Of a stretch of 64,000 nt of DNA, positions 21,401-29,959 are shown one piece after another. The DNA is from a virus. The translations under genes were made by a program, and so were the position numbers. The notes beneath the pieces are model-generated. The model was not told where the DNA came from and searched no databases. It saw only the letters and a list, made by a program, of their open reading frames with translations. The stretch is from IMG/VR virus record IMGVR_UViG_3300016674_000106; one strand, 5' to 3'. How positions within the stretch are numbered: position 1 is the stretch's first letter; each line of letters begins with the position of its first letter.

Positions 21401-24400
21401 AAATTAAAACACAAAGTTTTGATACTACAGCATACTGGGATTATGTTGACTGGGTTGATTTAACATATGACCCAGTGAAACCGCTTTCGGCAACTGTTAA
21501 CCAGCTTTATGAACTCGACACTATAACACCAAAGACTGGAGATTACGTTAAGGTTAAAAATCCAGGCAACGGTCGTTATTTAATTTTACAGAGAGTTGAT
21601 ACCGATGGAAACTTTAGCAATGATTACAACGTAGTATATATGGAAAAAGGAACATTGCAGTTCAAAGATACTGTTTGGAATACTTCAAATTCTAGATTTA
21701 ACTTTGATTACATTGCAACATACGATCAAACACAGTACGATCAAGCTCCCGACATTGAAATAGCAAATGTTCTTCGCGCAATTAAAGAAGATTTATTTAC
21801 CGGTTCTCTCAAAGGATACTGGAACAAATTCTTCTTTAAGGCAGTAAGATACGCACTTTCTGAGCAGAAGGCAGTAGACTGGGCGTTTAAAACATCCTTT
21901 GTTAGTGTTAGAAATAAAGCAGGAGAATTAGAACAGAGAACAAATTACAAGTTCCAAGATAGCCAATATTACGAACAATATCTCAACGAAATTAAACCGT
22001 ACAAGACTAAGATTAGAAACTTTACAGTAGATTATGAGGTAACCGAACCTACACAAACTTACACAACAGACTTTGATTTACCGGCGATCTACGATAAAGA
22101 AACTAAAACCTTTGTTTCTATTAATGCTAACGACCCTGTCTTAGAAGAGTACCCTTACAAATCATGGAGCGATAATTACAAGTTATCAGTTGAAAAGATA
22201 GTAATCGCACACGGAGGATCTGGATATACTACGGTTCCGAGAGTAGAAATTATTTCTGCGCAAGGAGACACCGGTTACGGTGCTACAGCCCAGGCATACA
22301 TTTCTGCAGGAAAGGTCTTAGAGATTACAGTAACAAATCCGGGACAAGGATATACATTAATTCCAACAGTGGTGATTGTTGGAGGGAACACTACCAACGA
22401 CTTAGCAGTAGCATATGCTCAATTAAAAAACAACAAAGTTAGAACTTCAGAAATTGGTCTAAGATTTGATAGAGTGTCTACAAAGAATACAATGCTGTCA
22501 AGATCGGCAACTGACAGTTTTGTAGCGAGCGGGGTTCAAAACGAATTTTCGTTATCATGGGCAGCAGAGTATAAAAAATCCGACATTGTTGTTACAATTA
22601 ACGGCATCCCAATACTTGCAACCGATTACGCAATTGATACATTTACAAAAGAATATACTCCATTTGCTGAAATTTCAGGATACACTAAGATGTATTCGAC
22701 CTTGATACTGAATTTTGTTCCCGAAAAAGATTCAATCATAAAAATTACATACAACAAGAATATAAATCTGTTTAATGCCGCAGAACGTGTAGCAGAGTTT
22801 TATAAACCGACTACCGGAATGCCAGGAAACGATATTTCTCAAGTTATGTCGGGAGTCGAGTTCCCAGGAACACAAATTCGCACCGCTCCACTAAGCTATT
22901 CGGTAACGTGGGATACAACCCCGTACGGGTCAGTTGACTGGGACAGCGACGATATCAACTTTGACACAATAATCGATGGCGGAAATCTTGAATATACACT
23001 AGCATCTGGTGTAAATCCAACAGACATTACTATCGACGGTGACAAATTTTTATCGAGCAACACACGGTATGCACCAGAAGAATTAGTACCCGGGGAAGTT
23101 TGCGAAAGTGTTGGAATAAGTGTGTACACACGCAACGTTAATACTACGCCAGCAATAACTAGCGTCATTGCTGAGGTGTCATCGACTGTTAATCCAACAA
23201 TTGTCCAGTTACCTTTAACTCCTCCGAGTACATCATCCTTGATGGTAATATTCGACAATGCATCGCTAATTTATGGTATAGATTATACAGTTAATTTTAG
23301 TCAAAATACCGTAGAGATTTTACCAAGAGGGACAACTGGCACGGTTGAAATAACAGTTATTGGTGTCGGTGGTAAGGAATTCTTGTCAGCAGATTTTGTA
23401 AAAGCAGAAAGCCAACCGACGATGTATGTCGAAACGACCGGTCCTATGTCCGAGGTAGGAAGTGTCTACGTCACTCTTAACGGAACACCGTTAACATCGA
23501 GCGATTACAAAACTTTAGATGTAGACGGACAAGGAAGAGTGGTAGTTGAAAATCTTCCTCTAGGAACTAACACCTTGCAGGCATGGTTCTTTAAAGCAGA
23601 GTACAAAGGATTTAGTGAAGTAAAAGAGCAAATTATTGTAGCATCGGGCAACGAAAATTCCACGTTCACTATTGATCAGGTTCCAGGAACTATGTGGTCA
23701 GCAGGATCCCAGATAATCGTTGAATTAAATGGAAACCGTTTAGTGCCGTATAGTAGTTCTTATTACATCGGCGTCCCTGAGCAAACTACTTACAAAATTG
23801 ATGCAAATCTATCTAGACCGGCAGGCGTATATAATCTTCTAAATGTCGAGGTATACGTTAACGGCAACAAGTTGAGTGCAGGAACAGACTTTATCATAGA
23901 TCAAGACGCTAACTCTGTAATACTAAACAACGCGGTTTCGGGAGATCAAATTGCAATTACTAATAGTGCATACAGTGAGTTTAAGATCACCGATAATCAG
24001 TTAGAAATTCTCAAACCTGTGTTAAGCGGCGATACTGTTAAAATTGTGACCTACACAAATCAGGATTCTTTAGGAATGCGCACAGAAGTATTTGTTTATA
24101 GCACTGCTCGTCGATTTAAGATTAGCAGAGAAATAATAAGCAGCAATTATGCATGGGTGTCTGTAAATGGGCATCAACTAATGAATCTAGCAGACTACTA
24201 TATCGACACTGATAATTCTACTGTGGTTATCAATGAATCGGTCGAACTGAATGTAGGTGACACAGTGGTTATCATTAGTTTGCAGAACACCACCGATGCA
24301 TCCGTAATTGGATATCGAATGTTCACGGATATATTTCAGAGAACTACGTATAAGCGACTGAGCAAACAAAATACCACCCGATTAACATCGCCGTTGTTAA

Positions 24401-25071
24401 TTACCGACACTGCTATCGAGGTTGAGAATGCAGAAGTGTTATCGCAACCTAACATTGAAAGTAACATTCCTGGGGTTATTTTAATAGCCGGAGAACGTAT
24501 TGAGTACCTGGAGATCGAAGGGAATACCTTAAAGAAGATTAAACGAGCAACTCTTGGCACAGGTGCAAAAGATTACTATTCAGCAGGGACATCTTTAGTA
24601 GACCAAAGCGCACGTCAGGAAGTTCCGCATACTGATGCATTAGTTGCCTGCTATACACAAACCGACGGTAGAACTTTTTACAATTTCTCCGATATGACAT
24701 TTAGAAAAGGTACGCAAATAGAAATTTTAGATAGTGCCGACTTACGAGATCAAGTCGAGGTGTTCTGCGGCGGAGTCAAACTTAACAAGATTGGTGTAGT
24801 AGTACACGATCCTGCTATTGCATACGATAGCGGAGAAATTACAGCTTCTGGCCAGTTGAGCGACGTTGTAATTCCTCCTCAGTTTACCGTCGAAACTGAT
24901 GGAATTTCTCTTTCTAACGATGTCGCTGATTTAAATCTTACAATTATTCAAAAGAAGACTGCATCGTGGAATAGTGAACCGGGCGTGTCTCTAATTAACG
25001 ATTCGACGCTTCCGGCTATATTTTTAAGAGATAAACCGGCCGTCCTGCCTGATAAATATCACTATGGATGA
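12439..25071 (+). CDS. 4210-aa giant baseplate/tail structural protein (gp7-like position), multidomain
   Basis: Uninterrupted ORF after gp6; contains FG-GAP-like repeats, two CBM5/12-like W..Y motifs and repeated G.GY...P.V.I..G modules typical of phage baseplate proteins. Confidence 0.65.
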   Translation: MSKKKNIEKKSVNLLPAFFRTEKNSKFLSSTVDQLIKTPELTRLDGYVGSKLSPNYKVTDKYISESSALRQNYQLEPALVIKQSDQLIKKAFGFDDLVNQVSYYGGKTNNLDRLFRPNVSSYDPHIDWDKFVNFREYFWMPTGPDTVSVTGAQKNTVSTYTVTESPDGKFFIFTPDGLTSDPLVYLYRGNTYVFNVNNTSNTFYIKTAPELGSNASYVGASGNGTKNGQVILVVDENTPSVLFYQSAESQEAGGRIVVRRPSENSAINIDREIVGKAEYTSGNGVKFVNGLKVKFSGNVEPIQYREKEFIVEGVGREIKLIEFTKLITPEDLATLHNTSFDGTAFDQYPFDDFKNIPIVPEYVTINRASKDLNPWSRYNRWFHIDVLTMAAELNGSELNLPFDRRASRPIVEFRPNIQLWNFGTAAIEPIDLVDEITTDAFSVVEKSSGYYIDEIALEQDFRVVFSADTDPAVSSKVYRVNIAQIDGKKVIDLIEEATLSYGDSLLVKQGKNRRGTEWWYNGSRLVFAQQRTKRNQAPRFDLFDKDGISYSDPIYQTSEFLGSKVFGYSVNETGVSDPVLGFPLKYKSDTITGVGAYLFENYFDTEQISLISGDTVEQVSTTDTYLRINDNNYRFENVWVPAEYYRIPVLQLEVLTESTDTVEVACFDTPALITDLEISVFVDGKKKKQGKDYVLQTENARLFVKFSTNLESSRVLLKCYTLASPNNRGFYETPINLTNNPLNNKVTELTLSELTDHVSTMVNQADEFIGEFPGVSNLRHLTDITKYGSRLVKNQNSLAFAQHFITDVENNAIDAIRAAATDYYNFKINLINHISKIGSAERTIAEVLDAALTEINTNKNTTFPYSRSDMLGYGRNTVEKVYRVTDPRNNVYPVSNAFSLDSLSSRSVIVYHIDGNNGKISQLVVEKEYTFIPEDSAVRIKRSLLRGDTIKVVEYVSTAGSYIPPTPTKLGIYPKFEPSIYVDNSFSSGPKKVIQGHDGSITIAFSEYDQPDEFRDLALLEYELRVFNNLKTKFNTEFLNIHDVVPSVFRKTDYSLDEINDLARADFIKWASVYGIDATTNSGYDRNNYTTYNYASTKDYVFDCQLPGSWRAIYKFYFDTDRPNTHPWEMLGFTIMPEWWESYYGPAPYTSGNKILWNDLEEGRIRQGSRQGIDAKYARPGLSTIIPVDDSGNVVDIRAWPGIEQNPAIVDTDQDWSFGNIGPAELAWRRSSLWPFTVQVILALSKPADFAAQFFDPARLTKDIAGHYTYAEDNAFLSTDRVKLYSDTDASGSTVLGSGYHVWVVERGLQRSVNYTSTLKDELKFAGVNLFYKFSGFTSKDKIDLIIDSVNPTSSNPGVTLPTEDYSLIFNVSNPVKTASISGVIVEKKDGYFVLKGYDKYSPYFTILEPIYRSSKSTVTVGGKSEPFVSWTANTFYQSSQVVYYGSRYYRVTMSHNSGNSFNTTNYQTLRELPIIGGATVHTTSDFEKTETVIPYGSKFSTIQEVYNVLIGYGAWLESQGFMFNQYIQELGQVVDWKFTGKEFLYWTTQNWSVGTVITLSPFADQLVYKSVDSVVDNVLDTFYEYSLLSADGMPFPTKNFSLSREDSTCTITTKNTTSGLFFARLNLVQKEHAIVLNNTTLFNDIVYIPESGYRQNRLKISGFKTANWQGDFVSPGFVYDAAQIVEWAPYTDYPVAAVVKYAGKYYSANQKVSATEEFQFDRWSILNEKPTPQLLPNFDYKINQIEDFYSLDIDNFDIGQQKMAQHLVGYTPREYLDNIFVDQIAQYKFYQGFIREKGTRNAISKLSKASVHNLHGQLELTEEWAFRAGAYGSYTTFNEIEFPLKEASFIENSQVVTFVDTIPELAEDSVAYTTLSDLEIKPAGFSSSAAFATEKSTFDNNPNVLPTAGYPMITEVTATAYNKNSLFDIANNGSIKEGDTIWLGFRDDGQWDVYRYTKQSAKVVSSEVTTPGSVLRFTTDRFHGLSVGDIVSVYGLDNGTDGVYRVINFDTLTSFDVESALNTVNVSETSALMYKFVSVRVNSFDDINKLQEDVDFVPGDIVWADSNNAGKWAVYQKMQNYKTASVTESTSGARNQQLGSTIYASSESNIVLVGAPGYVSGTEKGRVFVYEVAESETTLLVNFGINSIKNEHYVEGTDTGFGTAIHFDAASNAIFAGAPFASNVNHGANAENEGLVKISKINPELYDEIPVTVIANQYAQPNALFGASVLVVNTKEPKKLLLVGAPGQNGVGSVFVYSLDDNLTSSLTKILDKNPDYSSRFGESIVSSGDGSRLVVTAPGAYNKTGSLYVYTYLGNSQFSTQPIEILAPESCKDGDEFGSVIKMTADGKYLFVGTTKTISGSNLYGKVFVYKWNNSTYVLNQTINNISANTDLIFGTSIDVNDSADTLIIGARGNKSFAGVILDNNDTTFDGTNCTFGDIISGVGSVFVFNRYSDKFVYSEELFDKSVIARSKFGESVAINANAIIVGAPGYNDKGAFYQFQKIDPLINSWNLLRSQPDSVDIKKIRQVCIIDSRDEEIKEWVDTIDPIKGKIAGIADQEVRYKTAFDPAVYSIGFQGTVVDTETSWIDSHVGELWWDLSSVKYVWYEQGDSTYRKNTWGTIFPGASIDVYEWVKSEYLPSQWSSIADTVEGLAQGISGQPKYVDNSAISVQQYYNATTGATTNVYYFWVKNKVTLPSSVDRRISAAEVARIIYDPVAYGLKTLSIISENSLVVSNVKDSLVADRMHLNIAADDINSSINKHTEWLLIEENSNTSMPSDQLEQKLFDSLLGRDMLGNPVPDPSLSNRTKFGIDVRPRQTMFKNRRLALRNLIDYTNSVLQKNAVTDVISFNWLNSKEEIPNADLGYYDVLVETLEELESVSTTSVDVAKISCDVKYGKITGVIIDTPGRGYKIPPVVTISDNLFGAVIKTEINSVGEVVGATIVNPGKNFVSAPEITVRPFTAVVQLDSSSSNKWAMYQVVNKSWVKIKTQSFDTTAYWDYVDWVDLTYDPVKPLSATVNQLYELDTITPKTGDYVKVKNPGNGRYLILQRVDTDGNFSNDYNVVYMEKGTLQFKDTVWNTSNSRFNFDYIATYDQTQYDQAPDIEIANVLRAIKEDLFTGSLKGYWNKFFFKAVRYALSEQKAVDWAFKTSFVSVRNKAGELEQRTNYKFQDSQYYEQYLNEIKPYKTKIRNFTVDYEVTEPTQTYTTDFDLPAIYDKETKTFVSINANDPVLEEYPYKSWSDNYKLSVEKIVIAHGGSGYTTVPRVEIISAQGDTGYGATAQAYISAGKVLEITVTNPGQGYTLIPTVVIVGGNTTNDLAVAYAQLKNNKVRTSEIGLRFDRVSTKNTMLSRSATDSFVASGVQNEFSLSWAAEYKKSDIVVTINGIPILATDYAIDTFTKEYTPFAEISGYTKMYSTLILNFVPEKDSIIKITYNKNINLFNAAERVAEFYKPTTGMPGNDISQVMSGVEFPGTQIRTAPLSYSVTWDTTPYGSVDWDSDDINFDTIIDGGNLEYTLASGVNPTDITIDGDKFLSSNTRYAPEELVPGEVCESVGISVYTRNVNTTPAITSVIAEVSSTVNPTIVQLPLTPPSTSSLMVIFDNASLIYGIDYTVNFSQNTVEILPRGTTGTVEITVIGVGGKEFLSADFVKAESQPTMYVETTGPMSEVGSVYVTLNGTPLTSSDYKTLDVDGQGRVVVENLPLGTNTLQAWFFKAEYKGFSEVKEQIIVASGNENSTFTIDQVPGTMWSAGSQIIVELNGNRLVPYSSSYYIGVPEQTTYKIDANLSRPAGVYNLLNVEVYVNGNKLSAGTDFIIDQDANSVILNNAVSGDQIAITNSAYSEFKITDNQLEILKPVLSGDTVKIVTYTNQDSLGMRTEVFVYSTARRFKISREIISSNYAWVSVNGHQLMNLADYYIDTDNSTVVINESVELNVGDTVVIISLQNTTDASVIGYRMFTDIFQRTTYKRLSKQNTTRLTSPLLITDTAIEVENAEVLSQPNIESNIPGVILIAGERIEYLEIEGNTLKKIKRATLGTGAKDYYSAGTSLVDQSARQEVPHTDALVACYTQTDGRTFYNFSDMTFRKGTQIEILDSADLRDQVEVFCGGVKLNKIGVVVHDPAIAYDSGEITASGQLSDVVIPPQFTVETDGISLSNDVADLNLTIIQKKTASWNSEPGVSLINDSTLPAIFLRDKPAVLPDKYHYG
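25051..25058 (+). promoter_or_regulatory. Late promoter-like GATAAATA
   Basis: Inside the 3' end of the giant gene, 30 nt before the next ATG. Confidence 0.5.
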
Positions 25072-25088
25072 TTCTAAAATAATGAGAA

Positions 25089-25727
25089 ATGAATATGCAA
25101 ACAACTGACGAAACACCGTACAATCCTAAGGACAACGGCTCTGTAAAGATACAGGGCCATATAAAGATTTTTGACCCTGTATCAAACGAAGTTTTTGTTG
25201 ATAAAAGAAACGCAATACATTATGAAAATTTTAGTATTGCGTTAGCTAATAGTATTTCAAATGCCGGAAAGGGGTTTATCTCAGAAATGGCTTTTGGAAA
25301 TGGCGGCAGTAGAATAGACCCGGTCGGTCTTATTACATACCTGACGCCAAATACTGTAGGAAGAAATGCAACGTTGTATAATCAAACATATTACAAAGTT
25401 GTAGATGCCAACAACCCTTTTGATAAAGATCCGACCAGAAACTTTATGGAAGTTCGACACGTTGCAGGAACTGCGTACTCTGATGTCCTAGTAAGTTGTT
25501 TGCTTGATTTCGGTGAACCGAACGGTCAGGCGGCGTTTGATAATAGCATGTCTCAAGATGGTTCTTATGTGTTTGATGAACTTGGTTTACGAGGGTATAG
25601 CCCTGATGGGGAAGGAACCGGCCCTTTGCTAACTCATGTGATTTTCCACCCAGTTCAGAAATCTTTAAACAGATTAATTCAAATTGATTATACTGTTCGG
25701 ATTCAAAGCCTTTCAAACGGAATTTAA
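25089..25727 (+). CDS. Virion structural protein (baseplate/fibre attachment)
   Basis: Lies between the giant baseplate gene and the tail fibres; FDELGL...L.THVIFHPVQKS.NR.I.I.YT.RI resembles fibre-attachment domains. Confidence 0.5.
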   Translation: MNMQTTDETPYNPKDNGSVKIQGHIKIFDPVSNEVFVDKRNAIHYENFSIALANSISNAGKGFISEMAFGNGGSRIDPVGLITYLTPNTVGRNATLYNQTYYKVVDANNPFDKDPTRNFMEVRHVAGTAYSDVLVSCLLDFGEPNGQAAFDNSMSQDGSYVFDELGLRGYSPDGEGTGPLLTHVIFHPVQKSLNRLIQIDYTVRIQSLSNGI

Positions 25728-25730
25728 TAT

Positions 25731-26996
25731 ATGACAGTTTACATTGTAAATTACTCCGACCCTGGAAAAGGGTCAATTACAGTTAATACAGGAACCGTCG
25801 ATTACACCACGTCGATTGGCTTAGTTGGTCATAAATCGTATGATTACGGAACAGTAGTAGCCGAAGGGTTTTTGCATCTTTTAGAAAATTTTGCGTCGTC
25901 GACACCGCCTGCGAACCCTACGCAAGGGCAGCTATGGTACAGAACTACTGCCGAAAACTCGTCAAACATTTCATCGTTATTAGTGCACGACGGAGGAAAA
26001 TGGCTTCCTACTAACGGTGTACATCAGACCGGCGAGGCGCCGACTTCAGCAAAAGTCGGTGATTTATGGGTCGATACGTCAACTCAACAGTTAAAGATTT
26101 ACGATGGCGCCTCGTGGATTATTCCGTCGCCGGGGTTTAATTTTAGCGAACAAACTGGTGTGTACCCCGAAACAATTCGTGGAACTGACGGGAAAGATTA
26201 TTTTGTTATTAAGAATTTTCTCGGAGGAGAAGTAATTAGCATTCTAACAAAAGATGCATTTACTCCCTTAATTAGTATCGACGGGTTTGTAAATCTCGCA
26301 CCTGGACTTAATTTAACATCAAAGTCGTTCGATAACCAGTCGGTTCGTTTAAATGGTGTTGCTGCAGAAGCTGCTGCGTTGAGAGTTACATCGCCGATTA
26401 CTGAAACAGTATTGTCCAACAGCTTTTTTAGAAAAGATGTTCCACAAACTCTAAACTATTTACTAACAGTCAACAATGATGCAGGCGTTAGAGTTGGTGT
26501 TAATTCGCCTACATTCATCTTTGAAAAAATAGACAACAACGGAGTGATTACTAGCACTAAAGACAGCTCGAAGATTATCTTTAGAATCGAAAAAAACGGA
26601 ACCCGAAACGCAATTTTAACAGTCGATGGCGACCAACGGGGTGTGTCGATTAACAAATCTCTACCAGACTCGGGACAGTCACTTGATGTAGCAGGCAATG
26701 CACAAATATCTGGGAATCTTAAAATTAATGGGTCAGTAACCGTTACCGGAACAGTAGAGTCGACAAACTCATTTAAAACAGGTACGGTAGTACCGTTCGC
26801 TGGACCGACTCCGGCCGGTTGGCTGTTATGTAATGGCGCTTCGTATAACAAGATAGGAACATATTCTTCGTTGTTTGCAGTAATTCAACGCGCCTACGGT
26901 GGAGACGAGCAACCACAAGGGATGTTTAACGTACCGAATATTCCTCCGATTGCTACAATAAACGGCCCGAGCATAAATTATATCATTAAGGTCTAA
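25731..26996 (+). CDS. Tail fibre paralog 1 with C-terminal collar-like domain
   Basis: Shared N-terminus (GHKSYDYG...F.HLLENFA...PP.NP..GQLWY); C-terminal GTVVPFAG.TP.GWLLCNG...F.VP collar motif. Confidence 0.75.
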   Translation: MTVYIVNYSDPGKGSITVNTGTVDYTTSIGLVGHKSYDYGTVVAEGFLHLLENFASSTPPANPTQGQLWYRTTAENSSNISSLLVHDGGKWLPTNGVHQTGEAPTSAKVGDLWVDTSTQQLKIYDGASWIIPSPGFNFSEQTGVYPETIRGTDGKDYFVIKNFLGGEVISILTKDAFTPLISIDGFVNLAPGLNLTSKSFDNQSVRLNGVAAEAAALRVTSPITETVLSNSFFRKDVPQTLNYLLTVNNDAGVRVGVNSPTFIFEKIDNNGVITSTKDSSKIIFRIEKNGTRNAILTVDGDQRGVSINKSLPDSGQSLDVAGNAQISGNLKINGSVTVTGTVESTNSFKTGTVVPFAGPTPAGWLLCNGASYNKIGTYSSLFAVIQRAYGGDEQPQGMFNVPNIPPIATINGPSINYIIKV

Positions 26997-27001
26997 CTCA
27001 A

Positions 27002-28333
27002 ATGGCGTACACAATTAAAAAAACAGACGGATCTATATTACTAAATCTAGCCGACGGCAAGGTTGATCAGTTAAGCACAAGTATTTCACTAATCGGAAAA
27101 AATGTAGAACCGTACGGTCAATATTACAACAACAATTTAATAGGTCTGATAGAGAACTTTTCTTCGGTTGAGCAACCTCGTGCACCGTTGCATGGTCAGT
27201 TATGGTTTAACAAACTTGACGGAAGATTGTATGTATATGGGTTAGATAATTTGTTTAAGCCTGTTGCAGGTGCACAACTTTCTGCAACTCAACCGACGTT
27301 GTTCGGAAAAGGCGATTTATGGGTCGACACAGTTAAGAAGCAATTATGGTTTAGTGCCGATGGAGGAACATTTACATTAGCAGGACCGCAGTATTCGGCA
27401 ACCGAAGGCAAATCTGGGTGGGTTGTCGAAACTGTACCAGACTCAACGAATCACCCTCGAACCATTGCATCTTTATATAGCAACAATACACTCCTTGGAA
27501 TAGTATCAGTCGAAGCGTTCTCTTTTAACCCGATATACCAAGGTATGAGTTCGGTTTCTCCAGGATTTACATTAAATCCGTCGATTCCTAACAACAAATT
27601 TGTCGGAACAGCAACTAGTGCAGAAAGTGTAAATGGGTTTACTCCAGATCTTTACGTTAAGAGAAATGTCAACGAAACCACCTCTGGTACGTTTAGTGTT
27701 TTAAATAACAACGGTTTAAGTGTCGGTGCTGCGCAAGATGTGTCTATTATTACACCGTCGGCTGGGAATATTATTTCCAGCAACATTGCTAACAAATCTA
27801 TTAAAATCCGAGTAACAAATACTGCGAACGGGTATGTGTCTGCAATTTATGTTAACGCAAATCCGCCCATGGTAGGAATTCTCACCGAGACTCCGGCCGC
27901 AGAATTAGATGTAGCAGGGTCAGTAAATCTTTCCGGTGCTCTAAAAATCAATGGTGCATCGATACTAACTTCGCCTCAGCCAGGTGTTATTGATGCGAGC
28001 GATAATCGAATTACAGGTGTTGCTACTCCGTTGCAGTCTAACGATGTGGTTAATAAGCAATATGTTGATTTAGCAGTAGACAATCTGAGAAAGCAAACAT
28101 TTTCGGTCACTATTGACATTGAAACAATGACAACTCCGAATGCCGAAATTGTTCCGTTACTAGAGAAGCTTTTACCTATATTAAACCCTGCTGAAGACTC
28201 GCGCTTTAATTTACCAAACGACAGTCGAGCAAGAGTGTTGTGCATTACAACCCGTACTCCGACAATAACTTATATCGTGAAAGAGTTTAAGGTCGTTAGT
28301 GGAGCGTGGACCTATGTTAGAGATATTGCTTAA
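27002..28333 (+). CDS. Tail fibre paralog 2 (no collar domain)
   Basis: MAYTIKKTDG...IGKN...YGQ..N.N.I.L.ENF...P..P..GQLWF shared with its neighbours. Confidence 0.7.
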   Translation: MAYTIKKTDGSILLNLADGKVDQLSTSISLIGKNVEPYGQYYNNNLIGLIENFSSVEQPRAPLHGQLWFNKLDGRLYVYGLDNLFKPVAGAQLSATQPTLFGKGDLWVDTVKKQLWFSADGGTFTLAGPQYSATEGKSGWVVETVPDSTNHPRTIASLYSNNTLLGIVSVEAFSFNPIYQGMSSVSPGFTLNPSIPNNKFVGTATSAESVNGFTPDLYVKRNVNETTSGTFSVLNNNGLSVGAAQDVSIITPSAGNIISSNIANKSIKIRVTNTANGYVSAIYVNANPPMVGILTETPAAELDVAGSVNLSGALKINGASILTSPQPGVIDASDNRITGVATPLQSNDVVNKQYVDLAVDNLRKQTFSVTIDIETMTTPNAEIVPLLEKLLPILNPAEDSRFNLPNDSRARVLCITTRTPTITYIVKEFKVVSGAWTYVRDIA

Positions 28334-28343
28334 GGATTAGATT

Positions 28344-29948
28344 ATGGCATATGAAATTAGAAAATCAGACGGAACAGTTCTTTTAGATTTAGAAACAGGG
28401 TTTGTTGATGCAGGATCATCGAGTATTACGTTTATCGGCAAGAATGTTTCAAACTTTGGTGAGTACCAGAATAATAACTTTCTTCATCTACTAGAAAACT
28501 TTTCTGCAAATACCCCGCCGGCAAATGTAATCACAGGACAACTGTGGTTTGACAAATCATCTAGGCAGCTGAAAGTGTACGATATAAATTCGTGGAAAAC
28601 ACTTGCAACTGTATCTCTTGCACCTACCTCTGACAGCGCGCAGAGCGCAGGCGATTTATGGTTTAATACAGGTACTAAGCAACTATCTGTTAATACCGGT
28701 GACGAGTTTACAGTAATTGGGCCAGACGATACTCCCGGGTACGGGACTACTCGTTTAGAATCAGTAGTTGCAACGTCAACTAGTGGGACATTGCATCCTA
28801 TTGTAAAGTGCATTGTTGGCGCTGAAGTAATTTATATCGTAAGTCGAGTAGAATTCGATCTTGGACAAGATTCTTTAATTGAAGGGTTTACTCGAATATA
28901 CAGAGGAATCACTCTTAAATCTGAAAATGTTCAAATGTTCGGCCGTTCACGCACGGCTGATTTTGCAGATCAGTTAAAAAGCGAGAGCGGTATTTATGTA
29001 GCTGCAACATCATCGTTAACTCCAGACTCGATTGTTCAGCGCGACGGGTTAGGAAATACACAATTAAATTTGTTAGAAGTGTCGACACTAAATTCTGCAA
29101 ACGGGCATCTAACAGGATCTTGGACAGTAGGCAACACTTTTACTCCTGACACTACAACCGCGTATAGTTTAGGAACAGACGATTTAAAATGGTTAGCAGT
29201 TAACGCCCGGGACATAAACGTGTCGACTGGAAATATTAGTACGGTAAAGTTTTCGGCTCTTATTGACCCTAGCTTAACTGGGATAACAAAATTTGACACC
29301 GACCCCGAATTAACTGCAAATTCTCATAGTAACCTTGCTACTCAGCGTGCAATAAAGGAATACATTGATGCGGCGGTTGCTAGAGAGGTACAAGCAAGAA
29401 CTGCAGGAGATGCTAACTTACAGACGCAAATTTCTAACCTAGAAACTGTGCCTGCAGGAACCGTTTTCTATACCGCTGCAACCACCCAGCCCGAGGGTTA
29501 CTTAATTGCAAACGGTTCCTGGGTGCCGAAATCATCTTATCCGAGATTATTTCAAGCAATCGGCGGAACATACGGTGTAACTCCGACAACATTTAGATTA
29601 CCGGATCTAAGAGGAGAGTTTATACGAGGCGCGGATGTAGGGCGTGGAGTGGATGCAAACAGACAAGTAGGAACGTATCAGAGCTCAAACGCCCCTAAGC
29701 ACTTTCACGGAACTGGGCAATACACATATCGTGGCGACGATTGGCTACAAACAATTCTTCGACCGTGGGCTGGGCAGACATTTAAGGCTCGGTATTGTTC
29801 CGGTGACGAACGGTGGGGGGTTGCACCGGTAATGGATATCTCGGGTAGCAACGAGGAATATATTGCAACAGCAACAACAGACAATATTGATCAGCCAGGA
29901 GAAATTCGCCCACGAAACGTTGCTCTATTGCCGATTATTAAATTTTAA
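28344..29948 (+). CDS. Tail fibre paralog 3 with collar domain
   Basis: Shared N-terminus; VPAGTVFY.A....PEGYLIANG...FRLPDLRGEFIRG.D.GRGVD..R..GT.Q...E.RPRNVALLPIIKF. Confidence 0.8.
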   Translation: MAYEIRKSDGTVLLDLETGFVDAGSSSITFIGKNVSNFGEYQNNNFLHLLENFSANTPPANVITGQLWFDKSSRQLKVYDINSWKTLATVSLAPTSDSAQSAGDLWFNTGTKQLSVNTGDEFTVIGPDDTPGYGTTRLESVVATSTSGTLHPIVKCIVGAEVIYIVSRVEFDLGQDSLIEGFTRIYRGITLKSENVQMFGRSRTADFADQLKSESGIYVAATSSLTPDSIVQRDGLGNTQLNLLEVSTLNSANGHLTGSWTVGNTFTPDTTTAYSLGTDDLKWLAVNARDINVSTGNISTVKFSALIDPSLTGITKFDTDPELTANSHSNLATQRAIKEYIDAAVAREVQARTAGDANLQTQISNLETVPAGTVFYTAATTQPEGYLIANGSWVPKSSYPRLFQAIGGTYGVTPTTFRLPDLRGEFIRGADVGRGVDANRQVGTYQSSNAPKHFHGTGQYTYRGDDWLQTILRPWAGQTFKARYCSGDERWGVAPVMDISGSNEEYIATATTDNIDQPGEIRPRNVALLPIIKF

Positions 29949-29959
29949 GAGATTTACAC